The position numbers were made by a program, and so were the translations under genes. Shown piece by piece: positions 51,806-60,934 of a stretch of 64,000 nt of DNA. Positions within the stretch are counted from its first letter, which is position 1; each line of letters begins with the position of its first letter. The stretch is taken from the IMG/VR virus record IMGVR_UViG_3300042554_000362, positions 341 through 64,340 of that record; one strand, written 5' to 3'. Under the pieces are notes generated by a model. It saw only the letters and a program-made list of their open reading frames with translations, did not search any database and had not been told where the DNA came from. Source of the stretch: a virus (taxonomy: Duplodnaviria; Caudoviricetes).

Positions 51806-53902
51806 TTAATAACTGTTATTCAAAAGTTGTTGCTGAATACTGCGTATATCAGCCATGGCAGCAGTGGTTTCGTCAGATTTTGCAACCAGTTGTCTAAGCT
51901 GTTCTAGTTGTTCACGCATGACATTAACTAGCTCACCCGAAATAGGTCCTGCTGCTGACAACTGATTATTAGGCACAATATTACCTGGGCTATTAGGCTG
52001 AAAAAGTTCCGGACCACGCTCGCCTACTAGGTAAGTGGTTGCAGGATTTACTGGTCCACCTGATGCTCTGCCCGGTGCCAACCAGTTACCAATGGCTCCA
52101 CCTGCGGCGGCCCCAGCAGCGCCGCCTAGTGCAGCAAGTAAAGGGGACACAATAGGAGCGAAAGGTCCTGTAAAGAGTCCGGCTATTGCACCGATTAAAG
52201 TACCAACCAAAGCACCTATTAGGCTGCCGATTGCCATGTATAGATACTTTTCAATATTTCTAGGAATGTCTGCCAAAATGTTTAAAAATTTTTCCATCCC
52301 TGATGCCATACTCGCTAGAACTCCACTGAATTTAGGTAAAGCCTCATCCGTCAAGAATTTTTCAAGAGTCAACCTCATATTTTGCATACTAATACTTAAA
52401 TTATTCATGTTGGTAGTTAATGCATCATTGGTGTTTTTTTGATCTTGGGCGGCTTTTTGTGCATTACGTGCTGCTTCTTCTGTAAACTTGTCTGATTCGA
52501 GTAGCTTTTGATTGGCTAATCGTACTGTGTCCCCCAACACTCCGCTTGCGCCTGCTATTCCTGCCTGCCCTAAGGCTTCTAGTCCACTGAGATTTTCTCT
52601 AAATCGATCGTTGGCTCTTCCTTGTAAAACTTGATAATCTTGTACATTAGTATTACCAGAGCGCAAGAGGTCAACAAATCCTTCAATGCCTTGCCGTACA
52701 CCTTGATTGTTAGACATTAAAATATTCATAGTGGTATCAGTAACTGTGCCCAATGTAAACATTTGATTTATAGCTTTTTGTTCTGCTTGGCTTCGCGTAG
52801 CTATAGCAGCCTCATAGGCTGCTGTAATGCCTGGAGCACGTTTTTCTAATTCCTGTAGTCTAATTCGAACTGCAATTTGAGAACTAGCAGCCTTGGCCTC
52901 CTCCATTTTCTTGCGTGCATCTTCTCCAGTAATAGCTGCAATAGTACGTAAATTTACTGCGTAGTCAGACACTGCCCGAGCTACAGCATTAGGGTCTTGC
53001 ATATAAGAACTGTTAGCTCTACGCATGGTTGATAACACATCTGCGGTAAGTGCTGCTTGCTCTTCAAAGCTGAAACCTAAATTCATTAACTGCGTTTGAA
53101 TCCCGCTGGTTCGAATCACTCTACCTACATTACCGATGGCCCTTGCTGCGTCACCTACACTTAATCCAGATTCCGCTAAAACCTGTCTGTTAGCACTGAT
53201 TACTGCACCGAACTGTTGTACGGTCAACCCTGCTGCATTAGCACTATTACGCAGTCCAGTCATACCATCGGCAAATAAAGCCCCGGCGCTGCTAGATTTA
53301 GCAAATGCTTCTTGTGTTTTCTTTAATTCGGTTAGTAAAACGCCTACCCCAAATTGGGCTAGATCACCAAATGCACCGGCTAATACGCCAGCTACACCAG
53401 GAAGTTGTCGGCCTATGTTTGTTAATGCGCCGATCCCTCCTTGTAATACACCACCAATAGCATCAACATCATTGGTACCGTTTTGCAAAGCAGTAACAAA
53501 ATTTTTGCCTAATTCGTAGCTAGATTTTACTGCGGTATTGGTAAAATTAACCAGTGCAGCATTGGTATTAGCGTGTATTACTTGTCTTTGAAGTTCTCGT
53601 CGTTTTTCGTTAAGTTGCTTTCGTTCTTCGAAAGTACCAGAATCTTTATATTTGTGATATAACTTGTTAACTTCTTGATTTAGTGTGGAATATTCACGAT
53701 TTTGGCCTTGTAACAGATCATTGGTCACAGACCACATGCTGTTGGTTTGCTTTATGGTTTTGCTGATAGCGCCAAAGTTTTTAACAACATCAGCAATACT
53801 ATTACCCTCGATTCGTTGCCCTGCACCTGACCCGCTTTTAAGTAAACGTTCAAATGTTTCAGCAAACTTTTCGTAATCAAAATCAGCCACTATTTTATCC
53901 AA
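51806..53902 (-). CDS. Tape measure protein
   Basis: 698-aa helical Ala/Gly-rich protein with a hydrophobic segment and a C-terminal RASGGPV...YLVGERGPELF motif. The start may instead be GTG at 53890. Confidence 0.75.
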   Translation of the reverse strand: MDKIVADFDYEKFAETFERLLKSGSGAGQRIEGNSIADVVKNFGAISKTIKQTNSMWSVTNDLLQGQNREYSTLNQEVNKLYHKYKDSGTFEERKQLNEKRRELQRQVIHANTNAALVNFTNTAVKSSYELGKNFVTALQNGTNDVDAIGGVLQGGIGALTNIGRQLPGVAGVLAGAFGDLAQFGVGVLLTELKKTQEAFAKSSSAGALFADGMTGLRNSANAAGLTVQQFGAVISANRQVLAESGLSVGDAARAIGNVGRVIRTSGIQTQLMNLGFSFEEQAALTADVLSTMRRANSSYMQDPNAVARAVSDYAVNLRTIAAITGEDARKKMEEAKAASSQIAVRIRLQELEKRAPGITAAYEAAIATRSQAEQKAINQMFTLGTVTDTTMNILMSNNQGVRQGIEGFVDLLRSGNTNVQDYQVLQGRANDRFRENLSGLEALGQAGIAGASGVLGDTVRLANQKLLESDKFTEEAARNAQKAAQDQKNTNDALTTNMNNLSISMQNMRLTLEKFLTDEALPKFSGVLASMASGMEKFLNILADIPRNIEKYLYMAIGSLIGALVGTLIGAIAGLFTGPFAPIVSPLLAALGGAAGAAAGGAIGNWLAPGRASGGPVNPATTYLVGERGPELFQPNSPGNIVPNNQLSAAGPISGELVNVMREQLEQLRQLVAKSDETTAAMADIRSIQQQLLNNSY

Positions 53903-53928
53903 TAAATATAGTTATATCAATATATTTA
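53903..53928. promoter_or_regulatory. Overlapping divergent late promoters (TAAATA on both strands)
   Basis: TAAATA on + at 53903-53908 and on - at 53923-53928, between the tape measure and gp26-like genes. Confidence 0.6.
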
Positions 53929-53940
53929 TGGGATCAATTT

Positions 53941-54789
53941 ATGCAAACATCAGCCCGTAACCCACTCAGTGGTTACTTCAGACAACCTGCTATATTTCTA
54001 ACATTGCCCAGTAAAGGGCGTTGGTGGGAGCCAGATTCTCTAGAACTGTCAGAAAATGGTGATATCGCTGTATACCCAATGAGTGCTAAAGATGAAATTA
54101 CCATACGCACCCCTGATGCATTACTTAACGGACAAGGTGTGGTTAACGTAATACAAAGCTGCTGCCCAAACATAAAGAATGCCTGGAAAATGCCTAGTGT
54201 CGATATTGATGCTGTTTTAATTTCTATTAGAATCGCCACCTACGGCAGTAACATGTCTTTCGACAGTACCTGTCCACATTGCAAAGCAGCCAACACCCAT
54301 GAAATTGATTTGGGTGCGCCATTAACCAGTATCAAATGCCCAAATTTTGATCAAACCGTAAAATACAGAGATTTGGTAATCAAACTTAGACCGCAACATT
54401 ATTTTGAAGCTAATAGAATAAACATGATTGGCTATGAAGAACAGAAGATACTAGCCACCTTAAGCAATGAATCTCTAGATGATGAAACTAGAATAGCACA
54501 AGTTACTATTATTATGCAAAAGATCGTAGAGATAGGTATAGAGGGTTGCGTAAACAGTACCGAATACATACAGCTTCCTAACGGGGATAGAATCATAAAC
54601 AAGGACCATCTCAATGAATTTTATCATAACGCCGAAAAGACTGTGGTAGCGTCAGTTCAAGAGGCGGTGGGTGCTATAGCAGCTGAATCTAAAATCCCAG
54701 AAATACAACTATCTTGCGATGAATGTTCGTCAACCTATTCAGCAGAACTTACTTTTGATTATTCAAATTTTTTCGCAAAAGGCTCTTAA
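53941..54789 (+). CDS. gp26: Baseplate hub assembly/tail chaperone protein, T4 gp26-like
   Basis: Start re-called to ATG 53941. Motifs LTLPSKG, PMSAKDE, DIDAVLISIRIATYG, two CxxC pairs (CPHC, CDEC) and a C-terminal NFF. Confidence 0.75.
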   Translation: MQTSARNPLSGYFRQPAIFLTLPSKGRWWEPDSLELSENGDIAVYPMSAKDEITIRTPDALLNGQGVVNVIQSCCPNIKNAWKMPSVDIDAVLISIRIATYGSNMSFDSTCPHCKAANTHEIDLGAPLTSIKCPNFDQTVKYRDLVIKLRPQHYFEANRINMIGYEEQKILATLSNESLDDETRIAQVTIIMQKIVEIGIEGCVNSTEYIQLPNGDRIINKDHLNEFYHNAEKTVVASVQEAVGAIAAESKIPEIQLSCDECSSTYSAELTFDYSNFFAKGS

Positions 54790-55004
54790 CCTTAGATGAC
54801 GCAGCGATCGTTAATCTAATAGATGCCTACGATCGTGAGGTTAAAGCCTTAAAAAATGAATTACTGCGGATGTGCTGGTTTATGCGTGGTAGTATTAGCT
54901 ATTCTGAAGCTGTAATGTTGAGTCCCAGCGATCGTGCTATTATTGCTGATATTATCAAAGAGAATTTAGAAACTGCCAAAGAGTCTAAAATGCCTTTCTG
55001 GTAA
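54765..55004 (+). CDS. gp51-like frame, probably expressed as a -1 frameshift extension of the gp26-like gene
   Basis: Not in the ORF track. The -1 frame is open from 54759 to TAA 55002-55004 and reads ...LTLDDAAIVNLIDAYDREVKALKNELLRMCWFMRGSISYSEAVMLSPSDRAIIADIIKENLETAKESKMPFW. Its first ATG is only at 54870. Confidence 0.65.
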   Translation, partial: KFFRKRLLTLDDAAIVNLIDAYDREVKALKNELLRMCWFMRGSISYSEAVMLSPSDRAIIADIIKENLETAKESKMPFW

Positions 55005-55007
55005 TCA

Positions 55008-55052
55008 AGATTTGCTTTCGCAAATCTATTTCTTTCGCTTGCGCTCAGAAAT
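55008..55052. other. Two hairpins with GC-GAAA-GC / GC-GCAA-GC cores (terminator and/or origin-like)
   Basis: AGATTTGC-TTTC-GCAAATCT at 55008-55027, and ATTTCT...AGAAAT enclosing GCTTGCGC at 55028-55052. Confidence 0.5.
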
Positions 55053-55080
55053 CTTTTTCTTCTTTAAGATACTTTTAAAA

Positions 55081-55417
55081 GGGCATTCATCCAGATAATT
55101 CAGTCATAATTCGCCCGTTGCCGGGCGAAAAATAGACGACGCCTTCATCCGAGTGCATCAGCCACTGATCTGGTAGAGTTGTTTTGCAACAGGAGGCGGT
55201 TGACCTGTACCCCCATGCTCTAGCCTTCGCGCATGTCAACGGAACCCTAGTCGCACTAATCAGCAGCACGATTGGAGCCTACGGTTGTATCTTTTTCACA
55301 GAGCCGTAACCATTTGAGACCTAAAGTTAGTTCTATCCTCGCAATGCCCAAGATCCGACGGTAAATGAATACAGCCTCAATGGGAGTCGAGCAGCCCCGA
55401 CCAAACGCTATTGCATG
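55081..55417 (-). ncRNA. Candidate large structured non-coding RNA (family unassigned)
   Basis: GC-richer gap without a credible ORF, containing many complementary segments, a GCAA-capped 8-bp hairpin and G-U pairs that favour the minus strand. Confidence 0.6.
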
Positions 55418-55927
55418 TTAACGGCACAAGGCCGCGATTGATTGTTGGTTAAGTTTAAGGAATTGTTCTAGATCGAATATTTGCCAGACTTGGTGTCGTT
55501 GAGATCTATATGTGAATGAGCTAAGGGTTTGGTCCCAAGATTGATTATATGGTACTGCTACGTATGTGCCTTTGCGATTGAACTTCATGAACAGAATGTT
55601 AAAATCACCCTTGTCAGCTACCTCTAACATCTGTTCAATCCATCCGTCTAACTGTTTACATGAGCCTGTGAATAATTGATGAAATGGAAAATCTGCGTAA
55701 CTTTTTGCTTCAGCGTTCATACGACCAAAACTGGGTCCTGGTACTATGTCGCCTTTGCTGTGCCTAATTTGAGCTTCTGATAATGTGTCTTTTCTTGCAG
55801 TATTCTTGCCACCTATGTAAGCACCAGAGTTGGTAACTCGAATGAAACTTTCGCCAAATGTATCTGACAACAACTTGGCTATGTCACGTTCGAAGCTGCT
55901 TCCTTTGTTCTTACTTTTTGATGGCAT
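55418..55927 (-). CDS. Holliday junction resolvase-like PD-(D/E)XK nuclease
   Basis: Motifs SKNKGSSFER, SGAYIGG, GDIV...EAK and FMKFNR, typical of phage Hjc-like resolvases. Confidence 0.8.
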   Translation of the reverse strand: MPSKSKNKGSSFERDIAKLLSDTFGESFIRVTNSGAYIGGKNTARKDTLSEAQIRHSKGDIVPGPSFGRMNAEAKSYADFPFHQLFTGSCKQLDGWIEQMLEVADKGDFNILFMKFNRKGTYVAVPYNQSWDQTLSSFTYRSQRHQVWQIFDLEQFLKLNQQSIAALCR

Positions 55928-56009
55928 TTAGTTTATTACTTATACTTTTGTTGAGTTTTGAGGTGGTTTTACTTTATTTTATTAACGTTTATTGTTTAAT
56001 GTTTCGTCC

Positions 56010-57779
56010 TCAAACCTCTACATCACTGCTATACGTTGTGAACCCATTTTGTTTGGTTACACGCAGTATATTACTGACCCTACTAACTAGCTCGTCTCTG
56101 TGACTTACCAGCCATACACTTTTTCGGGCATCCCTACTGATTTTCTTAAGTATGGCTAAACTACTTTCCATACCTGAAGCATCCAAGCCCGAATCTACTA
56201 ATTCATCGACAAATAGTAAATTCATCCTGTGATATAAACTTTCGTAAACATCACGGAATGCCCAGCTTAGACTCAGTATTAGTCTGTTTCGTTCCCCACG
56301 GGATAGATTGTCGAAATCTAAGTCTCTACCTAACTCAGTTATTTCTACACTTAAATCATTTTGAAATACCACTTGATGCGGCAAACCAATCTTTTCCAAG
56401 TAATAACTAAGTCTTGTATTTAAGTAATTCAAGTTCTGATCAATGATTTTCTTGCGAATAAAGCTGTCTTTGTTGGTTAACAGCTTTAATAAAAATTCTT
56501 CGTGGTCACGTTTCTGCGTAAGTTGATTGATCTGATCATAGGTAATTTCCACCAGTGCAGTGCTACGCATGTCTACAATCTGTTCTAGATATGGATCTTG
56601 CTCTGTTTGTTTGGCGGTGATTTGTTGCTGTAATCCAGCTAGAGTAGCACGATGTTCAATGGCATCACTTTCTCTGTCATAAAACACAGTGGGTCTAGTG
56701 CCTAGTTCGCCTAACTCGGTGAGTTGAACTTGTAGTTTCATTAACTCAGCTTCAGCTGAGCCAATTAAGCGTTCACTTTCTACACGATCCTGTCGACGTT
56801 CTGCCAGTGTTTGGGCTTGTTTATGATCATGGAAATCTTGTCCACAAGCATGACATTTATGGTTTTCCAGTGCTAGAATTTCACGATCCAGCCTAGTTAA
56901 AGTTTTATGTTCTCGAGAGATTTCAGTTTCGGCTCTGCGAATATCTGCTGTGATTTGAGCAATCTTCTGTTGACGCTGACTGTACTCAGTTAATGCTCTA
57001 TGTGCTAGAATTTCAGTATCAATGTCAATTTGGTTCAGCTGATCATAGGCCAAGCGTAGTTCTTCTATGTCTTGATCATGCTTTTGTAGCCATAGTGTTT
57101 GTCTACGCTCCAATGCAGCAATCTGCTCTTGGATGCGTTTGTTAGCATCAATTTGAGCTCGAATATCTGCTTCAGCCTGTGTGATAGCCTCTTTGCTGTT
57201 TCGAATACGCTCTTTAAGTGTATCAGCTTTTTCTGACAGCAAGGTAATTCCCAGTAATTGTTCAATGATTTCACGCTGTTCATTGGCACGTAAGCTGAGA
57301 AACGGCAAGGTATAGGTGTTCAAGGCCACTATGTGCTGGAACATGGTGTGACTCATGCTCAACAACTTTTCAATAGCTGCTTGCGTTTCTCTGCTGTCAC
57401 CTTGACTTTCATCAGTGGCTTGCTGCTCTTGCCCGCCCACATAGAATTTAAGTATGTTAGGCTTTCGACCACGCTCGATGCGATAATCTTGGCCATCCTT
57501 TTCAAATTCCACAGTGACCAACATATTTTTATCGTTGGTTCTGTTGATCAAGTTGTCTTTCTTGATATTGGTCAGCGCAGAACCATACAGTGCATAGCTG
57601 ACTATGTTCAACAGTGCGCTTTTGCCAGTGCCATTGCGAGCACCGGCATCGTCGCCGCCTAGGTCTAAGTTTTCGCCCAGAATTAGTGTAAGGTCAGCGC
57701 GATCTAGGTTAACACTTTGTGTAACATTGCCCACACTGAGAAAGTTTCGAGCAGTAACGGATTTTATTCTAATCATCAA
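56010..57779 (-). CDS. gp46: Recombination endonuclease ATPase subunit (Rad50/SbcC-like), T4 gp46
   Basis: Walker A NGTGKS, CHAC zinc hook within a coiled coil, LSRGE signature, LFVDE Walker B and VSH switch. Confidence 0.95.
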   Translation of the reverse strand: MMIRIKSVTARNFLSVGNVTQSVNLDRADLTLILGENLDLGGDDAGARNGTGKSALLNIVSYALYGSALTNIKKDNLINRTNDKNMLVTVEFEKDGQDYRIERGRKPNILKFYVGGQEQQATDESQGDSRETQAAIEKLLSMSHTMFQHIVALNTYTLPFLSLRANEQREIIEQLLGITLLSEKADTLKERIRNSKEAITQAEADIRAQIDANKRIQEQIAALERRQTLWLQKHDQDIEELRLAYDQLNQIDIDTEILAHRALTEYSQRQQKIAQITADIRRAETEISREHKTLTRLDREILALENHKCHACGQDFHDHKQAQTLAERRQDRVESERLIGSAEAELMKLQVQLTELGELGTRPTVFYDRESDAIEHRATLAGLQQQITAKQTEQDPYLEQIVDMRSTALVEITYDQINQLTQKRDHEEFLLKLLTNKDSFIRKKIIDQNLNYLNTRLSYYLEKIGLPHQVVFQNDLSVEITELGRDLDFDNLSRGERNRLILSLSWAFRDVYESLYHRMNLLFVDELVDSGLDASGMESSLAILKKISRDARKSVWLVSHRDELVSRVSNILRVTKQNGFTTYSSDVEV

Positions 57780-58792
57780 AGACTTTGGTAAATTTCTAAC
57801 AGCAGTTTGTTATTATACTGATTGCTTTCTATAGCAGTCAACGATGAATTCACAATTTGATCTACGCTTTGAAAAGTAATATTGCCTAACTGTACCTGTG
57901 CTTCTAGATCAGCTTGTGTGTTTGGGATCAACTTGATTTCTCTACAATGATAGTCTGACATAAAAGTATCGCGTAGAAAGTTAGCTTCTTCGTAGCTGAT
58001 TTCAATGTTCAAGTTGATCCTAGCATGAGTATTGGGTTTAAGTAATGCAGCAGGATCATCTAACACTGCGCTGAGATCATACACACGATACACAGGTTGG
58101 TCAGGCCAAGCATGATATTTGGATTCCTGACCCCATTCCAGGATCATTAGTCCACGAGCATCATCACCAGCATCAGCATAGTTATGTGGAAAACAATTGC
58201 CAATGTAGGTAATGTTTCGCTGGGTTTGTCGTTTGTGGAAGTGTCCGGTGAACACATGTTCAAAACCTCCAAAATGTTCACGCTTGACTTCACCGTGATC
58301 TGGCATGGCTACCATGGCATTCATTAAATAACCAGGCAGTTCAAAATGTCCAAAACAGTACTTGGCCTGCAACTTAGGAATACGCCGATAGTCGTCGGCT
58401 ATCAGCCAAGGCGCAATAACTACATCGTCTTGCTCAAACCAATCATTTATTATTTTAACACGCGGAAGATGTCTCGCCCATTCAACGGACTGGATATCTC
58501 TACGATCGCGATAATAAAGATCATGATTTCCAGGAATAAAATACACTTGGTCAAAATGGTCATTGAGATGTTCCAGTGCTCGTAGGCTGTAGTTCAGCGT
58601 TACGATATTTATACTGGCTCTATTGTTATGCCAATCACCAAGGAACATGGCTGTTTCACAACCATGTTCCCGAGCAGTGTCAGTGGCCCATTTGATAAAG
58701 TTTAAACAGTCTTCATTGTGTTGTTGACTGTTGCTTTTGAGACCAAAGTGGATGTCTGTGAAAATAGCAGCGCGGCGAAATAAGTTAGTCAT
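57776..58792 (-). CDS. gp47: Recombination endonuclease nuclease subunit (Mre11/SbcD-like), T4 gp47
   Basis: Metallophosphoesterase motifs TDIHFG, LGDW, GNHD, GHFE and GHFH. Start re-called to ATG 58792. Confidence 0.95.
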   Translation of the reverse strand: MTNLFRRAAIFTDIHFGLKSNSQQHNEDCLNFIKWATDTAREHGCETAMFLGDWHNNRASINIVTLNYSLRALEHLNDHFDQVYFIPGNHDLYYRDRRDIQSVEWARHLPRVKIINDWFEQDDVVIAPWLIADDYRRIPKLQAKYCFGHFELPGYLMNAMVAMPDHGEVKREHFGGFEHVFTGHFHKRQTQRNITYIGNCFPHNYADAGDDARGLMILEWGQESKYHAWPDQPVYRVYDLSAVLDDPAALLKPNTHARINLNIEISYEEANFLRDTFMSDYHCREIKLIPNTQADLEAQVQLGNITFQSVDQIVNSSLTAIESNQYNNKLLLEIYQSL

Positions 58793-58840
58793 AGACCACA
58801 GTATAACAGGCATGCACAGCAAAAGCAACCTTGTAGATGT

Positions 58841-59713
58841 TCATTCATCCCCATCGTGATGATGGCCAACATTCATACCTTGTCTGGTATAACTTGGATT
58901 AAAACCATTCATCTCAAGTATGTCGTCGCGCAGATTCTGGTTGCGCTTTTCAATGTTGAGTACACGAGTAAATGAATTGGTTATGGCTGCTGTAAAATAA
59001 GCAAATGGATTCTGCGATTTGCTTTCGTCAAACTGTAGACCAATTTGGCTAAGTTGTAGCAGTGCTTGACTACGCATTTCATCGTTGTAGGTGTATCCAC
59101 GCCAATTACTACGGGTAGCATAGCGTTCGCAAAGTTTTATAAACATAAAAGCCAAGGTACGAGTCATGTTGCCATGGTCTCTACTCCAATGTCCGGTTTC
59201 CAAGTCTCCGCGCCAATGACTCTTTCCAACACAAAACGGTGTACCCTCAGTGTCCACTTTATAGTGTTGAAATGGAGGAAAGTTACATTTTACATACTTG
59301 ACTGGCACAGATCGTGCTTCGTCGTCGTCATACTCGGTGTGTACGATTTCATCATCATCTTCGATTTCTACTGTGAGCACTGGTTTTTTAGGTGCAGCAT
59401 TGTTGACAGGAACATGTGCCCAGGTCATGACTCGGATTACCACATCTGTGCTTTTGATGCTGTCCACTGGAATAGCAAACTCATCTAGTTTGCGCTTTTC
59501 ACCACGGGCAGCAGCTTCATCTAGGGCTAATTTAGCCAAACGTTCTGCTCGATTACTGCGAGCAGCGTCTACCACAGCTGGAGTAATCATGTTAAGATCA
59601 TGCACAATAATGTCGTAGTCGGCTACATCTGGTGTTACAAAACTACAGTAAGTGGTTTTACTGCGGTGTATCTCCTTGAGTATGTCTTTGTTGTTAAGAT
59701 AATTGGATTTCAA
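58841..59713 (-). CDS. gp55: Late-transcription sigma factor, T4 gp55-like
   Basis: Motifs YLNNKDIL, NWRGYTYNDEM and FDESKSQNPFAYFT...IEKR; adjacent to gp47 as in T4-like phages. Confidence 0.9.
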   Translation of the reverse strand: MKSNYLNNKDILKEIHRSKTTYCSFVTPDVADYDIIVHDLNMITPAVVDAARSNRAERLAKLALDEAAARGEKRKLDEFAIPVDSIKSTDVVIRVMTWAHVPVNNAAPKKPVLTVEIEDDDEIVHTEYDDDEARSVPVKYVKCNFPPFQHYKVDTEGTPFCVGKSHWRGDLETGHWSRDHGNMTRTLAFMFIKLCERYATRSNWRGYTYNDEMRSQALLQLSQIGLQFDESKSQNPFAYFTAAITNSFTRVLNIEKRNQNLRDDILEMNGFNPSYTRQGMNVGHHHDGDE

Positions 59714-59794
59714 TGTGATTCCTTTGTTTAGCAGTACTGCTCATGCCATGAGCATAGCAGAACTTGTAATGGTTTGCAACCGGTTTTTTATCTC

Positions 59795-59802
59795 TATAAA
59801 TA
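59795..59802 (+). promoter_or_regulatory. T4-type late promoter TATAAATA
   Basis: Exact T4 late consensus 21 nt upstream of ATG 59824. Confidence 0.8.
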
Positions 59803-59823
59803 TGTAATAAATCGGGATAAAGC

Positions 59824-60627
59824 ATGAGTTCAACCTTTATACAAGATGTTGTTAGCACTGTAGCAGCGCCTATTTCGGCTGGTGCTAAAGTATTGAGTCC
59901 GCTGTTAGATCCTATTACCAACCGTTTACAGCAAAGTGGGCTACTAGGAGGCGGAAGATCTCGAAAAACAGCGTCAGCTGGCACTGAAGTGGTGTTTAGG
60001 GACGCTCAAGGCCAGGTTGATCGTGATTGGAAAGTTAGAATCAGCGTTGGCGAAAGTTCTGGTATATTTTATCAAGAGCGTGACAGCGGCATTTTGGCTC
60101 CTTTGGCACACAGTCGTGGCGTAATTTTTCCTTATACTCCTGAAATCACTGTGACCTATCAAAGCAACTATAATCCTCAAAAGTTTACACACAGCAACTA
60201 TGCTCAATATAGTTATGACCAAAGTGAAGTGCAAGCTATACAAATTTCAGGCGATTTCACTGCCCAAAACAAATTAGAAGCCAATTATGTGCTAGCCTGT
60301 ATTTATTTCTTCAGATCAGCAACCAAGATGTTCTTCGGTGCAGGCAAGAATATCGGTAACCCACCACCATTGGTTTTCCTTAATGGCTACGGACGTCATT
60401 ACTTTCCCAATGTTCCTTGTGTGATTACCAACTTTAGCCACAGCATGCCTGGAGAAGTTGACTATATCGAAACTGGATTAACTGGCGGTGTTACTGAAAG
60501 TACCAAAATACCCACTGCTAGTAAGATATCAGTGAACCTACAGCCAGTGTACAGCAAAGGCAGAATTGCTGAATTTAATCTACAGGATTTCAGCCAAGGA
60601 CGCCTGGTTGACAGAGGATTCCTATAA
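59824..60627 (+). CDS. Baseplate/tail-tube initiator-like protein (gp48/gp54 class)
   Basis: Motifs IFPYTP, THSNY and GNPPPLVFLNGYG...NVPCVITNF; precedes the gp53-like gene. Confidence 0.6.
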   Translation: MSSTFIQDVVSTVAAPISAGAKVLSPLLDPITNRLQQSGLLGGGRSRKTASAGTEVVFRDAQGQVDRDWKVRISVGESSGIFYQERDSGILAPLAHSRGVIFPYTPEITVTYQSNYNPQKFTHSNYAQYSYDQSEVQAIQISGDFTAQNKLEANYVLACIYFFRSATKMFFGAGKNIGNPPPLVFLNGYGRHYFPNVPCVITNFSHSMPGEVDYIETGLTGGVTESTKIPTASKISVNLQPVYSKGRIAEFNLQDFSQGRLVDRGFL

Positions 60628-60929
60628 TGCCAGCAGAATATAGTAAATTTAGTCCATATTCTACCACTGAACGCTTTGGTAGGTTTTTAGACATTTTAAA
60701 CTATAGATCTATAGCTCGTAATCCATTGGATGTACAGTTTACCATAAACGGTATCTATCAGCATAGACCAGATCTGCTGGCCAACGATCTTTATGGCACA
60801 CCTGGACTATGGTGGGTATTCGCAGCCAGAAACCCTAATATAATCAATGATCCTGTGTTTGATTTTTACGCAGGACAAGTTATATATATTCCTAATAAGA
60901 CTGAACTCATGGCTGCTCTAGGAGTTTAA
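60627..60929 (+). CDS. gp53: Baseplate wedge subunit, gp53/LysM-like
   Basis: Motif RPDLLANDLYGTPGLWWVFAARNP...IYIP. Confidence 0.8.
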   Translation: MPAEYSKFSPYSTTERFGRFLDILNYRSIARNPLDVQFTINGIYQHRPDLLANDLYGTPGLWWVFAARNPNIINDPVFDFYAGQVIYIPNKTELMAALGV

Positions 60930-60934
60930 TTCTC

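Noticed and set aside
55087-55269. 60-aa minus-strand ORF inside the candidate RNA
   Set aside because: It has a non-ATG start, no RBS and no protein-like features; the region is better explained by RNA structure.
55081-55417. Group I intron, tmRNA or tRNA identity for the structured region
   Set aside because: It does not interrupt a gene, and I could not find group I P7 core motifs, tRNA-like acceptor/T-arm ends or a tag reading frame.
45865-59713. Inteins, introns or homing endonucleases in core genes
   Set aside because: gp23, gp21, gp20, gp46 and gp47 are uninterrupted and of normal size, and no HNH, GIY-YIG or LAGLIDADG motifs were seen.
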